From NCBI RefSeq assembly GCF_006345805.1, contig NW_021835227.1, positions 1-38,954 on the forward strand: a stretch of 38,954 nucleotides of DNA, given 5' to 3'. The position numbers and the translations under genes are program-made. The notes beneath the pieces are model-generated. The model made no database searches. It worked only from the letters and a program-made list of their open reading frames with translations, and had not been told where the DNA came from. This stretch comes from Octopus sinensis (taxonomy: Eukaryota). Positions 24,951 through 36,402 of the stretch are shown here, piece by piece. Each line of letters opens with the position of its first letter. The stretch's first letter is position 1.

Positions 24951-25418
24951 TACGAGGGCTGATTATTGTGTATCTGGGCTGTTGCCATGGTAACAAACTG
25001 TAACGCGAAAAGTGAAGCCATTTGGGAAAACTCTACTGCGCCTGCGCATAAAATTTTAGTATTCTAGCCAATTTCCGCGTTGTGCAGCAGTTCTTCCATG
25101 GCATGTGTGTAACTTGCGATCGCCGTCTTGTAAATGACAGAGTATGTTGAGCAAACAATCTGCATCAAATCTTGGCGATTTGTGCAAAAAATGTTCATAG
25201 TCATCGATAGATTAAAGCAGATAATGTGATGATAATGAACTGAACTCAACCGTATATAATCTGGATAACTCACGTATTGTAATTTTGTGATTTCTCCTCA
25301 AAGCTGTACGAATGTCTGCGATGTTTTTATCAGTACTGTTGGTTGCGGATCTTCGAAAACGTTCCACAATATCGACATTTTACGGCCATTTTGGAAACAA
25401 TCACACATTATATCAATT
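24951..25418 (+). mobile_element. Mariner remnant A, copy 5
   Basis: Paralogue, closest to copy 3. Confidence 0.75.
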
Positions 25419-25706
25419 GGACTATCAAACACCACACAACATACATCCAAGTAGTGCAGTAAACAGCGGAAGTAAGCCAGAACGAAAACCTTAGTGCGGA
25501 TGCACAGCATAATTCAGGGACAATATGTTCCTATCGGCTTTATTTTAAGTTCTTTTGCTTCATTACTTTTGCAACATTCCGGATACAAATTCATCAGCCA
25601 TCATATATATGCCGTCGAATGGAGAGAACTTGAAATACTCACAATAGAAAACATGAATGAGTGGTGCAATCATTTCGAATTTAACTTAATGGAGGTCTAG
25701 ACTTAC

Positions 25707-25790
25707 AAGATCGAGGGCAGCTATAAGAGATAATCCAGATGAGCTGATATGGAGATAGTGACGCAGAGGAGCATGCTTAGTCTTTATATA
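25707..25790 (-). promoter_or_regulatory. Candidate TATA-Inr-mini-exon, copy 4
   Basis: TATA at 25790, Inr A at 25759, GTAAGT at 25706-25701. Confidence 0.4.
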
Positions 25791-25833
25791 AGTACATACA
25801 GCAACACACATACACAATGACGCACCCACACGC

Positions 25834-25869
<36 letters not shown>

Positions 25870-26207
25870 TTGTGAGTGTGTGTATGTGTGCGTGCGTGTG
25901 TCTCCGTATGAGTGTGTGTCCATGCTTGTGTATATATATCGAGAGGATCTCTTAAATTTTAGAAGTGATCGAAACCTGAAGTTATGTCGTATATCACTGC
26001 GGATATTCATTTTCTTTTACATTAAAAACAAATGGGTAATGTGTTGCATCCTTCAGTATTTGGAATTGCAAATACTGTATATATTAAAAACAAAATAATG
26101 CCCAACGGTTTGCTAAACAAATTTCAAACGTGGAAACAACGATTCACGGGTACATAGATGTTGCAAAGGGAATATGACAATATCCATTGTAAATGAGGCG
26201 TACATAC

Positions 26208-26352
26208 CGAAGCTTTGGAGTTGTCCTTATGGTATTTGTTACCTCATTTTGCAGAATTGATTTGGTGTCATTTTGAAGCTCCTCCGCTGTAGTTGAATTC
26301 AGTGCATTACTGGCATTAAGGAAAAAAAGGTCATACATTTTATCCATCATTG
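26208..26352 (-). CDS. Candidate MMDK exon, copy 4 (145 nt; MMDKMYDLFFLNASNALNSTTAEELQNDTKSILQNEVTNTIRTTPKL)
   Basis: AG acceptor, ATGATGG, 47 open codons, CG|GTATGT donor. Confidence 0.4.
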
Positions 26353-26561
26353 CTACAGACACCAGCAGCATAATTAAACAATAATTGCTTTAAACAAAGT
26401 ATAGATGGTAGATTGTATTTAGCATTGACAATGATTAGTCACGTACAAAATATAAAACTTAAGTATTTAGAGCAGCAAATATCAAAACCCCATCTTAAAA
26501 ATTCGTTCAATTCCTATGGATATCGGAAAAATTCATACATAATTTTCCTTACAAGTGGTGC

Positions 26562-26968
26562 TATCAATGCGTTATGTACCTAGGTTTTAACATCATATAC
26601 TTTGAGTCACCTTGCGCAGAAATACACTGATCCCAGCGTTCCTGCCACATTTGGAATTCGACCTGGAATACGTCGTCCGTACGTGTCGAGGACCTTCTGC
26701 TATTAATTGTGAATCTCGACAACGGTTTTGAAACGATGATCTTTGTTCTACTTTTTATCGAAGTTATTGGATGGAAGATCGAAGGAGATAAATCTTCCAA
26801 ATGGCATTGGTGCAGCAGCGATAACATTTTGGTTTTGGCGAGAAACTAACAGGTCAGATGTGGTGAAAAATCCATTTCTTTGCACTCCAAAAACACGGTC
26901 GATTTTGCCGAATGTCCTATTTCAAAACATCGCAATCGAACCCTCGATTAACAGTTTGGATCAAGGTA
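26562..26968 (-). mobile_element. Mariner remnant B C-terminus, copy 4
   Basis: HQCHLEDLSPSIF and DDVFQVEFQMWQERWDQCISAQGD. Confidence 0.8.
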
Positions 26969-27216
26969 TCCGTTATCACCCTTACCAACAAAAATAACAA
27001 TAATAGCGATAACCAATTACATCCATGTATTTATCTACGTGATAAGACATTCACTCGTGAATTTCACCACAGACAACATGGACAAAATTTCTTTGAAGAA
27101 AATATACATATTCAAATAAGTAAAACATAATATCATGAATAGCGATAGCGAAACTTGTCGATATATGAAAAATTATAATAAATCTATGTAATTATGCGTG
27201 TTTTCATTTTTTAATT

Positions 27217-27254
<38 letters not shown>

Positions 27255-27270
27255 ATCTCTCTCTCTCTAT

Positions 27271-27322
<52 letters not shown>

Positions 27323-27342
27323 GCATATGTATATATAGACAA

Positions 27343-27374
<32 letters not shown>

Positions 27375-27405
27375 CTATATATAAATGTATGTGTTTGTGT
27401 GTGTT

Positions 27406-27872
27406 TACGAGGGCTGATTATTGAGTATCTGGGCTGTTGCCATGGTAACCAACTGTAACGCGTAAAGTGACGTCATTAGGCCAAACTCTACTGCGCCTGC
27501 GCATAGAACTTTTGTTTTCTAGCCAATTTCCGCGTTGTGCAGCAGTTCTTCCATGGCATGTGTGTAACTTGCGATCGCCGTCTTGTAAATGACAGAGTAT
27601 GTTGAGCAAACAATCTGCATCAAATCTTGGCGATATTTAGTAAAAATGTTCATAGTTATCGATAGATTAAAGCAGATAATGTGATGATAATGATCTGAAC
27701 TCAACCGTATATTACCTGCATAACTTGCGTATTGTGCTTTTGTGATTTCCCCTCAAAGATGTACGCATGGCTGCGATATTTTTGTCAGTACTCTTGGTTG
27801 CGGTTCTCAGAAAACATTGCACAATATCGACATTTTTCGGCCATCTTTGAAACAATCACACATTATATCAAT
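27406..27872 (+). mobile_element. Mariner remnant A, copy 6
   Basis: Paralogue with its own diagnostic variants. Confidence 0.75.
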
Positions 27873-28161
27873 TCGACTATCAAACGTCACACACCTTACA
27901 TCCAAGTAGTGTTGTAAACAGCGGGAGTAAGCTAGAGTCTAAACCTTAGTGCTCATGCACAGCAGTATTCGGGGTCAATATGTTCCTATCGGCTTTATTC
28001 TAAGTTCTTTTGCTTCATTACTTTTGCAACATTCCGGATACAAATTCATCAGCCATCATATATATGACGTCGAATGGCGAGAACTTGAAATACTCACAAT
28101 AGAAAACATGAATGAGTGGTCCAATCATTTCGAATTTACCTTAATGGAGGTCTAGACTTAC

Positions 28162-28244
28162 AGGATGGAGGGCTGCTATAAGAGAAATCCAGATAAGCTG
28201 ATATGGAGATAGTGACGCAGACGAGCATGCTTAGTCTTTATATA
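28162..28244 (-). promoter_or_regulatory. Candidate TATA-Inr-mini-exon, copy 5
   Basis: TATA at 28244, Inr A at 28213, GTAAGT at 28161-28156. Confidence 0.4.
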
Positions 28245-28641
28245 AGTACATACAGCAACACACATACACAAATACGCACTCACACGCATATATATATATA
28301 TACATTTGTGAGTGTGTGTATGTATGCGTGCGTGCGTCTCGTATGAGTGTGTTTCCACGCTTGTGTATATATATCGAGAGGTTCTTCTAATTTTTAGAAA
28401 GAATGGAGACCTGAATATATGTCGTATAACACTATGGAAATTAATTTCTTTTTCATTAGTAACAAATGGGTGATGTGTTGCATCCTTCAGTATTTGGAAT
28501 TGCAAATACTGTATATATTAAAAACACAATAATACCCAACATGTTGCTAAACAAATTTCAAACGTGGAAACAACGATTCACGGGTACATAGATGTTGCAA
28601 AGGGAATATGACAATATCCATTGTAAATGAGGCGTACATAC

Positions 28642-28786
28642 CGAAGCTTTGGAGTTGTCGTTATGGTACTTGTTACCTCATGTTGCAGAATTGTTTTGGT
28701 GTCATTTTGAATCTCCTCCGCTGTAGTGGAATTCAGTGCATTACTGGTATTGAGGAAAAAAAGTTCATACATTTTATCCATCATTG
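28642..28786 (-). CDS. Candidate MMDK exon, copy 5 (145 nt; MMDKMYELFFLNTSNALNSTTAEEIQNDTKTILQHEVTSTITTTPKL)
   Basis: GCTGTAG|CA ATG ATG G, 47 open codons, CG|GTATGT donor. Confidence 0.4.
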
Positions 28787-28974
28787 CTACAGCAGCATAA
28801 TTAAACAATAATTGCTTTAAACGAAGTATAGATGATAGATTGTAAATAGCATTGACAATGATTAGTCACGTACAAAATATAAAACTTAAGTCTTTAGAAC
28901 AGCAAATATCAAAACCCCCTTTACAAAATTCGTTTAATTTCTATGGATAATGTAAAATTTCATACATAATTGCT

Positions 28975-29797
28975 ATCAACACGTTATGTTCCTAGGTTTT
29001 AACAGCATATACTTCTAGTTACCTTGCGCAGAATATACACTGTTCCCAGCGTCCCTGCTCCTTTTGGAATTCGGCCTGGATTTCGTCGTCCCTACGTGTA
29101 TCGAGGACCTTCTGCTATTAACTGTGAATCTCGACAACGGTTTTGAAACGGTGATCTTTGTTCTATTTTCATAGAATTGAAGGGATGAAAGCCCGAAGGA
29201 GATAAATCTTGCAAATAGGACTGGTGAAAAAACGATAACAGATTCGTTTTCGCGAGAAACTCATAGGTGAGATATGGTGAAAAATCCAATCCTTTGCACT
29301 GCACAGACACGCTCGATTTCGCTGAATGTCCTCCCTTCAAATCATCGCAGTCGAACCCTCGCTTAACAGTTTGGATGAAGGTAGGCTAGATCAAATCTCA
29401 TTGCACAGTAACACATTTCCAGCTGTGATACTTGCGGTAGGTTTTTTTAGAAGGTTAATTGTCTTCCAGGGATGTTTCCCCGCTTTTGTACAGCACGTCA
29501 CATTTGAAATATTGCGTAAAACACATTGCTTGGTGGCTGTAAGCTTGCCGAATAATGTGCAATCTCTCTGAAGCAGAATTGTCAAGTTTAATACAAGATT
29601 TCACGTAGGCTCTTTGTTCCGTATTCCTTCCCATGGCAGAATCGCAGACTACTGCATATACGCGACCGCATAAGGACAAAGTTCAGACGTCGGGAAGTAA
29701 ACACTGTGATGTTATACGGTACGTTGGTTCATGATGGTCACTTCACCCTGCTGGCGCGTAGACAGCTACTCCGTGGATATTTTCATACAACCTCATA
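28975..29797 (-). mobile_element. Mariner remnant B with 5' TIR, HTH N-terminus and C-terminus (internally deleted)
   Basis: TIR-like TA|TGAGGTTGTATGAAAATATCC at 29797. MGRNTEQRAYVKSCIKLDNSASERLHIIRQAYS...KSGETSLED is joined at ~29390 to FLAKTNLLSFFHQSYLQDLSPSGF (third catalytic Asp region). Confidence 0.85.
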
Positions 29798-31436
29798 CAA
29801 CAGTTAGATTAGAAGTGGAATACCGACATTCTGGCGTTTGATATTAAGGGTATAAGTCTGCGAACTGATGGATAAATGTCAGTTCATTACAACTGTTTCT
29901 TACACACTTTTTAGAAGAAAATTAGAATATGTAAATTCAAAACAACGTAATAGTCGGATGTAACATAATTCCAAGCGATAGGATATCCCAAGAACACAGT
30001 GGAAACATGCCTTAGGTCAGCCGAAGGTGACCGTGAAATAGGAGCAAGAAGAAAAAAAAAGGCTGTTACGGTCATTAGGAGGTGGAGTGAGAATGTTTAA
30101 TATGACATTTATGGTCCGTGTGCCTTCAAGCTAAATGCACAATATACATATTAATACAAAAGTCAAGTTTGATGTTTGATTAAATATACATAAAGATTAG
30201 ATCGAAAGATAAGCTGTAACGTTTTATATATGTATATTTTGATTTTATTTTTCTAATTTATGCATGTTGTACAAATATAAACGTTTGTTCAAGCAAAACT
30301 GGAATGACAGAGAATATGTGTCTTGACTAAGCAATTGTAAATGAATGTACATATTTTTTTAGGACTTTGAACTTTAAAATCATTTTTTCATTGTTTAACG
30401 ATTTGCATTTCCTCCACTATTTTCCTATCTTTTCCATCCTAATTAACCAAATTGACATCTAAAAATGTTTCTTTGTGAGAAAATGTGTTTATTAGCTAAT
30501 ATGTTGATAGGTATACAATAAAAAGGAAAAAGAAAATAAAAATCATTTGTAATGAAATTTCCAAGGATTGTTAACATCAAATTCAAAACAAACTCTCTCT
30601 CTCTCTATTCATCTATCCTTTCTCCATCATTTATTATTTCTTGATTGTCATGACACCTCTCTCTCTGCCTATTCCCTACTCTTTCTTTTTTTCTTTCTCT
30701 CCTTTTTGTCTTTCCCACCTTTTCCCCAAAAAGAAAACTACTTCGCTCTAGTATTAAACAAATTCAAAAAGCATCGGATACATATAAATGCACGACGAAA
30801 TTTTCTATTTTTAACGTTTTGATTTTGATTTTGTTGTGACGAGTTAGATAGACAAACGAAAGCGCTAGTAAAATTACGACTACTTCCTTTTTCTCAATAT
30901 ACAATATCTATAAACTACTTTAAATACTCAAAGCCTACACGCACAAACACACACACTCACAAACACACACAAACATATGTATACACTCAAGCCCACACAC
31001 ACATACATACTTATATATTTACTGTGGCTGTGTGTTCAGTGCTTATATCCTCAACACCACTTCATAATTGATGTTATTTTGTTTACGTTCAAGTAACCTA
31101 GAGTTTCGTTATAAGAGGCCAATAACAAATGGACCAGGAATAAACAAAAAGTATAGGTGTCGCTCTGTTCGATAAAATTTCTTCAAGCCTGTGCCCAGTG
31201 TAATTGCGGTCTGATGACTGAAACTTTTAAGAGAACCACTGAACTCCGTAGTAAAAATTTGAGCTAAGGGAGATAACACTTATTCGACTTTCACACTAAT
31301 ATTTTAACCTTGGAAACTCTCGCAGCTAATTTACATGTTAGAAATAACAACCGAAATGGTTTTAAATCAGATGCCAATTCTCCATATTCGAGAAGCAAAT
31401 TAATTCCTGATTTTTAAACCCCGATCATCCAGATTT

Positions 31437-31439
<3 letters not shown>

Positions 31440-31523
<84 letters not shown>

Positions 31524-31601
31524 GTATATATGTATATATATATATTATATATATATATATATTATTATATATATATATATATATGTATAATAATGTATAT
31601 A

Positions 31602-31644
<43 letters not shown>

Positions 31645-31669
31645 TATATATGTATATATATATATGTAT

Positions 31670-31701
<32 letters not shown>

Positions 31702-31789
31702 ATATATATATATATATATGGGTGTATGTGTGTGTGTGTGTGTGTAGAACAAATTTAGGCAAAATTCAATTTGTACTAAATATATATAC

Positions 31790-31826
<37 letters not shown>

Positions 31827-31857
31827 GTACAAATTGAATCTTGCCTAAAGTTGTTCT

Positions 31858-31926
<69 letters not shown>

Positions 31927-31935
31927 TATATATAC

Positions 31936-31987
<52 letters not shown>

Positions 31988-31997
31988 GTATATATAT

Positions 31998-32050
<53 letters not shown>
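31440..32050. repeat. Large compound (TA)n/(TG)n/(CA)n tract with an internal palindrome
   Basis: Direct reading. Inverted 37-bp arms at 31744-31780 and 31823-31859. Confidence 0.95.
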
Positions 32051-32051
<1 letters not shown>

Positions 32052-33384
32052 AGCAGAGTTACACGGCGTTGCCCGTGTTACATGCAATTGAAGAATTGGA
32101 CTTTTTGTCGTATATATTCTATAGTTAACTGGAATACTTTTGTTTCGTAATTTCATTGCAAATGGAGGTTATTTCCCTCTTTACACGCCCGAAAAAGATT
32201 GTAATCGTTCCACATGTATCCCATACCACTGACTGTTTATGCGCATCTTCCAAAATTCCAGTCTTTAAGAACCTGTTAAAAGGATTTTGCCCCTGAAAAA
32301 TGAAGGCCACTGAGCTCTAAAATGTGAGATTTAAGACCCATATTGGAGGTGGGCGTCATAATTCCAACCTGAGGTGTTGAATAGTAGAAAATCTTTTTTA
32401 AATTGGGTCTTATATCAATTGTTTCAATTTCTTTGAAATAGGAAATATATGTTCACTGGGTTTGTAAAAGAGAGCAAAGCTACAGGAAACCAAAAGACGA
32501 ATTATCACAAGCAGTCACCTAGAGTGACCTAGTCGTTACCACTCTCAATGTAGGATTCCTCACCATACAGGTGACAGGTACAGCCGTAAGATGCATTATG
32601 AATCTATTGCAATTGGAAGGGTGCGAACCAACTGAAATATACATTAACAACTGTGTGACGTGAGGGCTAAGGGGAAATAATAGTTGGAGTTTGCGAATGA
32701 CCCCTCTACTGATACGTAACTGGACAGAAAAAAATTACAATCTATAAATGTCTTTGACTAACCAGTCACTCATCTGGGAAGGCCTTCAAATAATTGTTAC
32801 CATCTGGGGACTATGTGTGACACAATGATAATAAAAAGACTGAAAGTGTGTCTGCAATCAAATAACTTTACTCAACACTTTGCAACTGAATCAGCGGAAA
32901 TAAAGATGCCTCTCATTTACTTAACAATTTATGCCGAAATCACAAACTAAGTGTATGTCAAAGCAAACTCTTACATTGTTGTACCATTGAATTGCAAATA
33001 ATTCTCATACTTTATGCTCGGGTGACCCTACACCTTCCTAGAGCACAAGTGTATTCGTCTTTGCTTAGATAAAATGGTGAAATTGCGGGCATTACGTCTC
33101 CATGAAGGGGTCTTTCTAACTCGTAAGAAGATAAAATTTTATAAATATTACTTCATTTGTACCTTACATGTATGGTTAAAATTTCATGAACAGCAGAAAT
33201 ATATGAATTTTCGTGGTGTTTATGGCCTTTATGCATAGAATATAATTTCCAAATTTCCTAAAATCCATTCAGTACTTTTGCCCTAGTTTTGGATGATAAA
33301 AGAAATGACTAAAAGTTGGGAGTGCAAACCAAACATATTGCGTTATACCTGCCCTTATGCATTGAATCTAAGTTTCAAATATCA

Positions 33385-33555
33385 TCAGGATACATTCAGT
33401 AATTTTGGTCCATGAAATTTTATGAAACGCACAGCATTACCCTTCTCAATAGGCTTGGATTTTGTGTTCCAAATTTCATTATGATCGGTGCAGTCAGTTT
33501 CGAATGTATAAGTAACACTCGAACACATAAAGACATTAACTTTGATATAATAGAT
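33385..33555 (-). mobile_element. Helitron-like non-autonomous 5' end remnant
   Basis: The minus strand starts A|TCTATTATATCAAAGTTAATGTCTTTATGTG, a style seen in microsatellite-bearing non-autonomous Helitrons. Resemblance only. Confidence 0.35.
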
Positions 33556-33624
33556 ATAAATGAGCATTATACATACATCTATATATATGTATATATTATA
33601 TCTGTGTGTGTGTGTGTGTGCTTT

Positions 33625-33664
<40 letters not shown>

Positions 33665-33884
33665 AAGATAATAATTTGATAGATAAAAGTAAGTGGGCAA
33701 GCAAAAATATGAGACACAGCCTAGTGCTTTTTTTGTTGATACGCCTGGTACTTATTCTATCAGATTCTTCTTATGAAACTAGTAATTTATGGGGCTGTAA
33801 TTAGACGAGCAGCAGTTTTGAAGCGGTGACGAGGGAGAAACACAAATACACACACATAGTCTTACATATATACATATAAATACG

Positions 33885-34038
33885 ATTGATTTCTTTCAGT
33901 TTCTCTCTACAAAATCCACTGACAAGGTTTCGGTTGGTCTGAGGCACGAGTCAAATGCCAAGTCACCACCCAGTGGGACTGAACCCGGGACCATATGTTT
34001 TGGAACAACGTTTGTTACCAGACAACCACACCTGCACT
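33885..34038 (-). mobile_element. Decayed tRNA-derived SINE (second family)
   Basis: Minus strand GTGCAGGTGTGGTTGTCTGGTAA (A-box-like)...GGTCCCGGGTTCAGTCCCACTG (B-box-like)...GTGGATTTTGTAGAGAGAAACTGAAAGAA. Confidence 0.7.
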
Positions 34039-34099
34039 TATGTATGTGTGTCCGTGTATGTATAAGTGTAATAGTTTCACTTTAATAGTTTCGGTATTA

Positions 34100-34372
34100 A
34101 AGTGAAACTATTAAAGTGAAAGCATTTGACATTACAACAGTGAGATGTTTCGTTTCACTTTTGACACATAATACTGAAATAGTGGAAGAGATATGATATT
34201 GCTGTGGGCTCGCTCTAGGCAAGAAGTTAAAGTGTTATTGCCCATTACATTACATGGACCCTAAGTAAGGCATGTATAAACTTTGAATGAAATTGGTTGA
34301 GTAGTTCTCAAGTAATAGGAATTCACACAGACACACAGACAGACACACATTCGCAGTTTTATATATATATAG
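34100..34372 (-). mobile_element. Interspersed repeat (Helitron-like), paralogous to 37246-37637
   Basis: Shares AATACTGAAATAGTGGA..AGATATGATATTGCT.TGGGCTCGC..TAGGCAAGAAGTT and a (CAGA/CACA)n...CAGTTTTATATATA end. Confidence 0.7.
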
Positions 34373-34488
34373 TATATATGAACATGTAAACAAACACACA
34401 TATACATATTCGTGATATGAGAATGTGTATGCGCACGATTATATATATATATATATGTATATATGTGTGTTTGTGTGTGTGTGTGTGC

Positions 34489-34532
<44 letters not shown>

Positions 34533-35804
34533 GAAAACATACATAAATACACGTATATGTGTACGCTTGTCTGTGTTGGTAAGTATAAGTTTATGACGAT
34601 AAAAATATGTCGTAAAACGTAAAACCCTGATGAAAAGTTTTGTTATAAGAAGCAAACTGAAACTTTTCTCTCTCCCTAAAATGTAAACTTATGTATTTGA
34701 TATGTTTGTGAAAAGATATTAAAAAGTTAATAATGCGTTTAGAATAAAATGAAGATGTGATTGAGTTAAAATTTTGTCAGTATGAGATTTTCAATATGTA
34801 GAACAATAAATTAAAGGCATTGGTTGCAACAAGTACAGAAATCAATGTGTATACTATCAAGTGTATTTATTTCTGCATAAGTTCTACTCAAAATATACGA
34901 ATTTTCTTCGAAAAGGCAATAAAATTAGTAGTCGTTATATATGTGCCATAAAAGGACGAATTAAACATTTGTGCTAACCAGACTTTGATTAATAAGAAAG
35001 CATGTCACACAAATGTTAACTTCGTATAATTAGAAATTACGCAATAGATTTGAAATATTTACGGTAGAAGGTTTTGAAGTATATAATTTGATGAAGTCTT
35101 CAAATTTTGCAATATAATTCTAACAGACTTATCTAAAACTATATTTATCTTGGCTTTATTTATTCACTCATGAGATTCAGGATGTACAAAACAATTACTA
35201 CAGGAAATTTCAGATCTCCTGAGTTAATATTTTCTCGACATGTGTAGATATATAAAACAATAATCTCCGTAATAATATTTATATCGAATGCATTAAAACA
35301 TTTTATATCAAATGGGAACATTTTATATCAAATATAAAAAAAATATCATAGTTTACTTACATAAGAGAAACGGAGAGAATGAGCACGAAAATTATATTTC
35401 GCATACTTTTTTATATTTCTCGTTTTTCAGCAATTCAAATTTCAAATATCTCAATCAGATTTCTTCATGAAATCCCAATGCTTGTCAAAGTGGAGCAGAA
35501 GGACTTATGGGTATTTAGTAATAAGAAACAGCTCAAATATCATTCATGTAATATACATAAAATGACTAATAATCGTTATGCTTCGGTGTCGAACAAAGGC
35601 TTTAAATCAAATGGATCTCAATGACGCTGCATGATAATTGTTGTAAACTTGAAATCCTGTATCGTAGTGCACATACCTATGCACATAGACACACACATAC
35701 ATATACACAGAGGAAAAACCCACACAAGTTGGTCGAGGAAGTTAAGCGTATGGAGCTGCTTGCAATGTATATCTGATATCGATTGCATCGATAACTAGCT
35801 ACTG

Positions 35805-35807
<3 letters not shown>

Positions 35808-35854
<47 letters not shown>

Positions 35855-35872
35855 ATAATATATATATATATA

Positions 35873-35903
<31 letters not shown>
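35808..35903. repeat. (TA)n microsatellite
   Basis: Direct reading. Confidence 0.95.
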
Positions 35904-35904
<1 letters not shown>

Positions 35905-36402
35905 CAACTTATAAACGAAAGCAAAAGAAAAATTATTTGCATGCTTAAATGCTGATAACAGACTTAATTCGTCAATTTCCACATATTCATATCATTAAGC
36001 ACTAAAAATATACGTAGTGCTGAAAACGGGAAACTAGCCAAAAGAATTTTTTTTTAAATGTTTGTTATTTCTATATTAAATCATTTTCGGAATTAAATCC
36101 CATGGATTTTGTTACTCTTCAGTCGAAAATACGAGAAGAAATAAATGAAATACTTACATGCACCCATGGAAAAAGAGTAGAAGCACAAGTCATGTGTACA
36201 TATAAGTATCCCAGTTATATCTAAATATACGATTCTATGTTATCAACATATTGGCATGGAAATAACTTTTCTTGTGCCCTTGTTTATAAGCTGTGTATAA
36301 TTTTTAACCTTTAAAGGTATTTTAATATGCTGCTACTTTTTGATGAAATTTTTTTCTGAAAAAGATTTCATCCTATATTAGTAAAATATTTTTTACTGAC
36401 AA

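Larger units (their letters stand above)
13114..29383. repeat. Tandem array of ~2.4-2.7-kb units (four complete, two partial)
   Basis: The junction GTTATCAC(C/T)CTT(T)ACCAAC recurs at 13114, 19385, 21882, 24314 and 26972. TACGAGGGCT(G/A)ATTATTG recurs at 14481, 17384, 19886, 22318, 24951 and 27406. Homology ends at ~29383. Confidence 0.97.

Noticed and set aside
13114-29383. Array as a CRISPR locus or an assembly duplication artefact
   Set aside because: Units are kilobase-sized with no short repeat-spacer pattern. The copies carry many consistent diagnostic substitutions, indels and a unique insert.
31214-31232. CTGATGA...GAAAC as a hammerhead
   Set aside because: There is no room for stem II. 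It is the reverse complement of a SINE remnant (GTTTCAGTCAT) also seen near 11590.
32510-32860. Possible LINE endonuclease remnant (VTTLNVG)
   Set aside because: One weak motif with no supporting downstream motifs.
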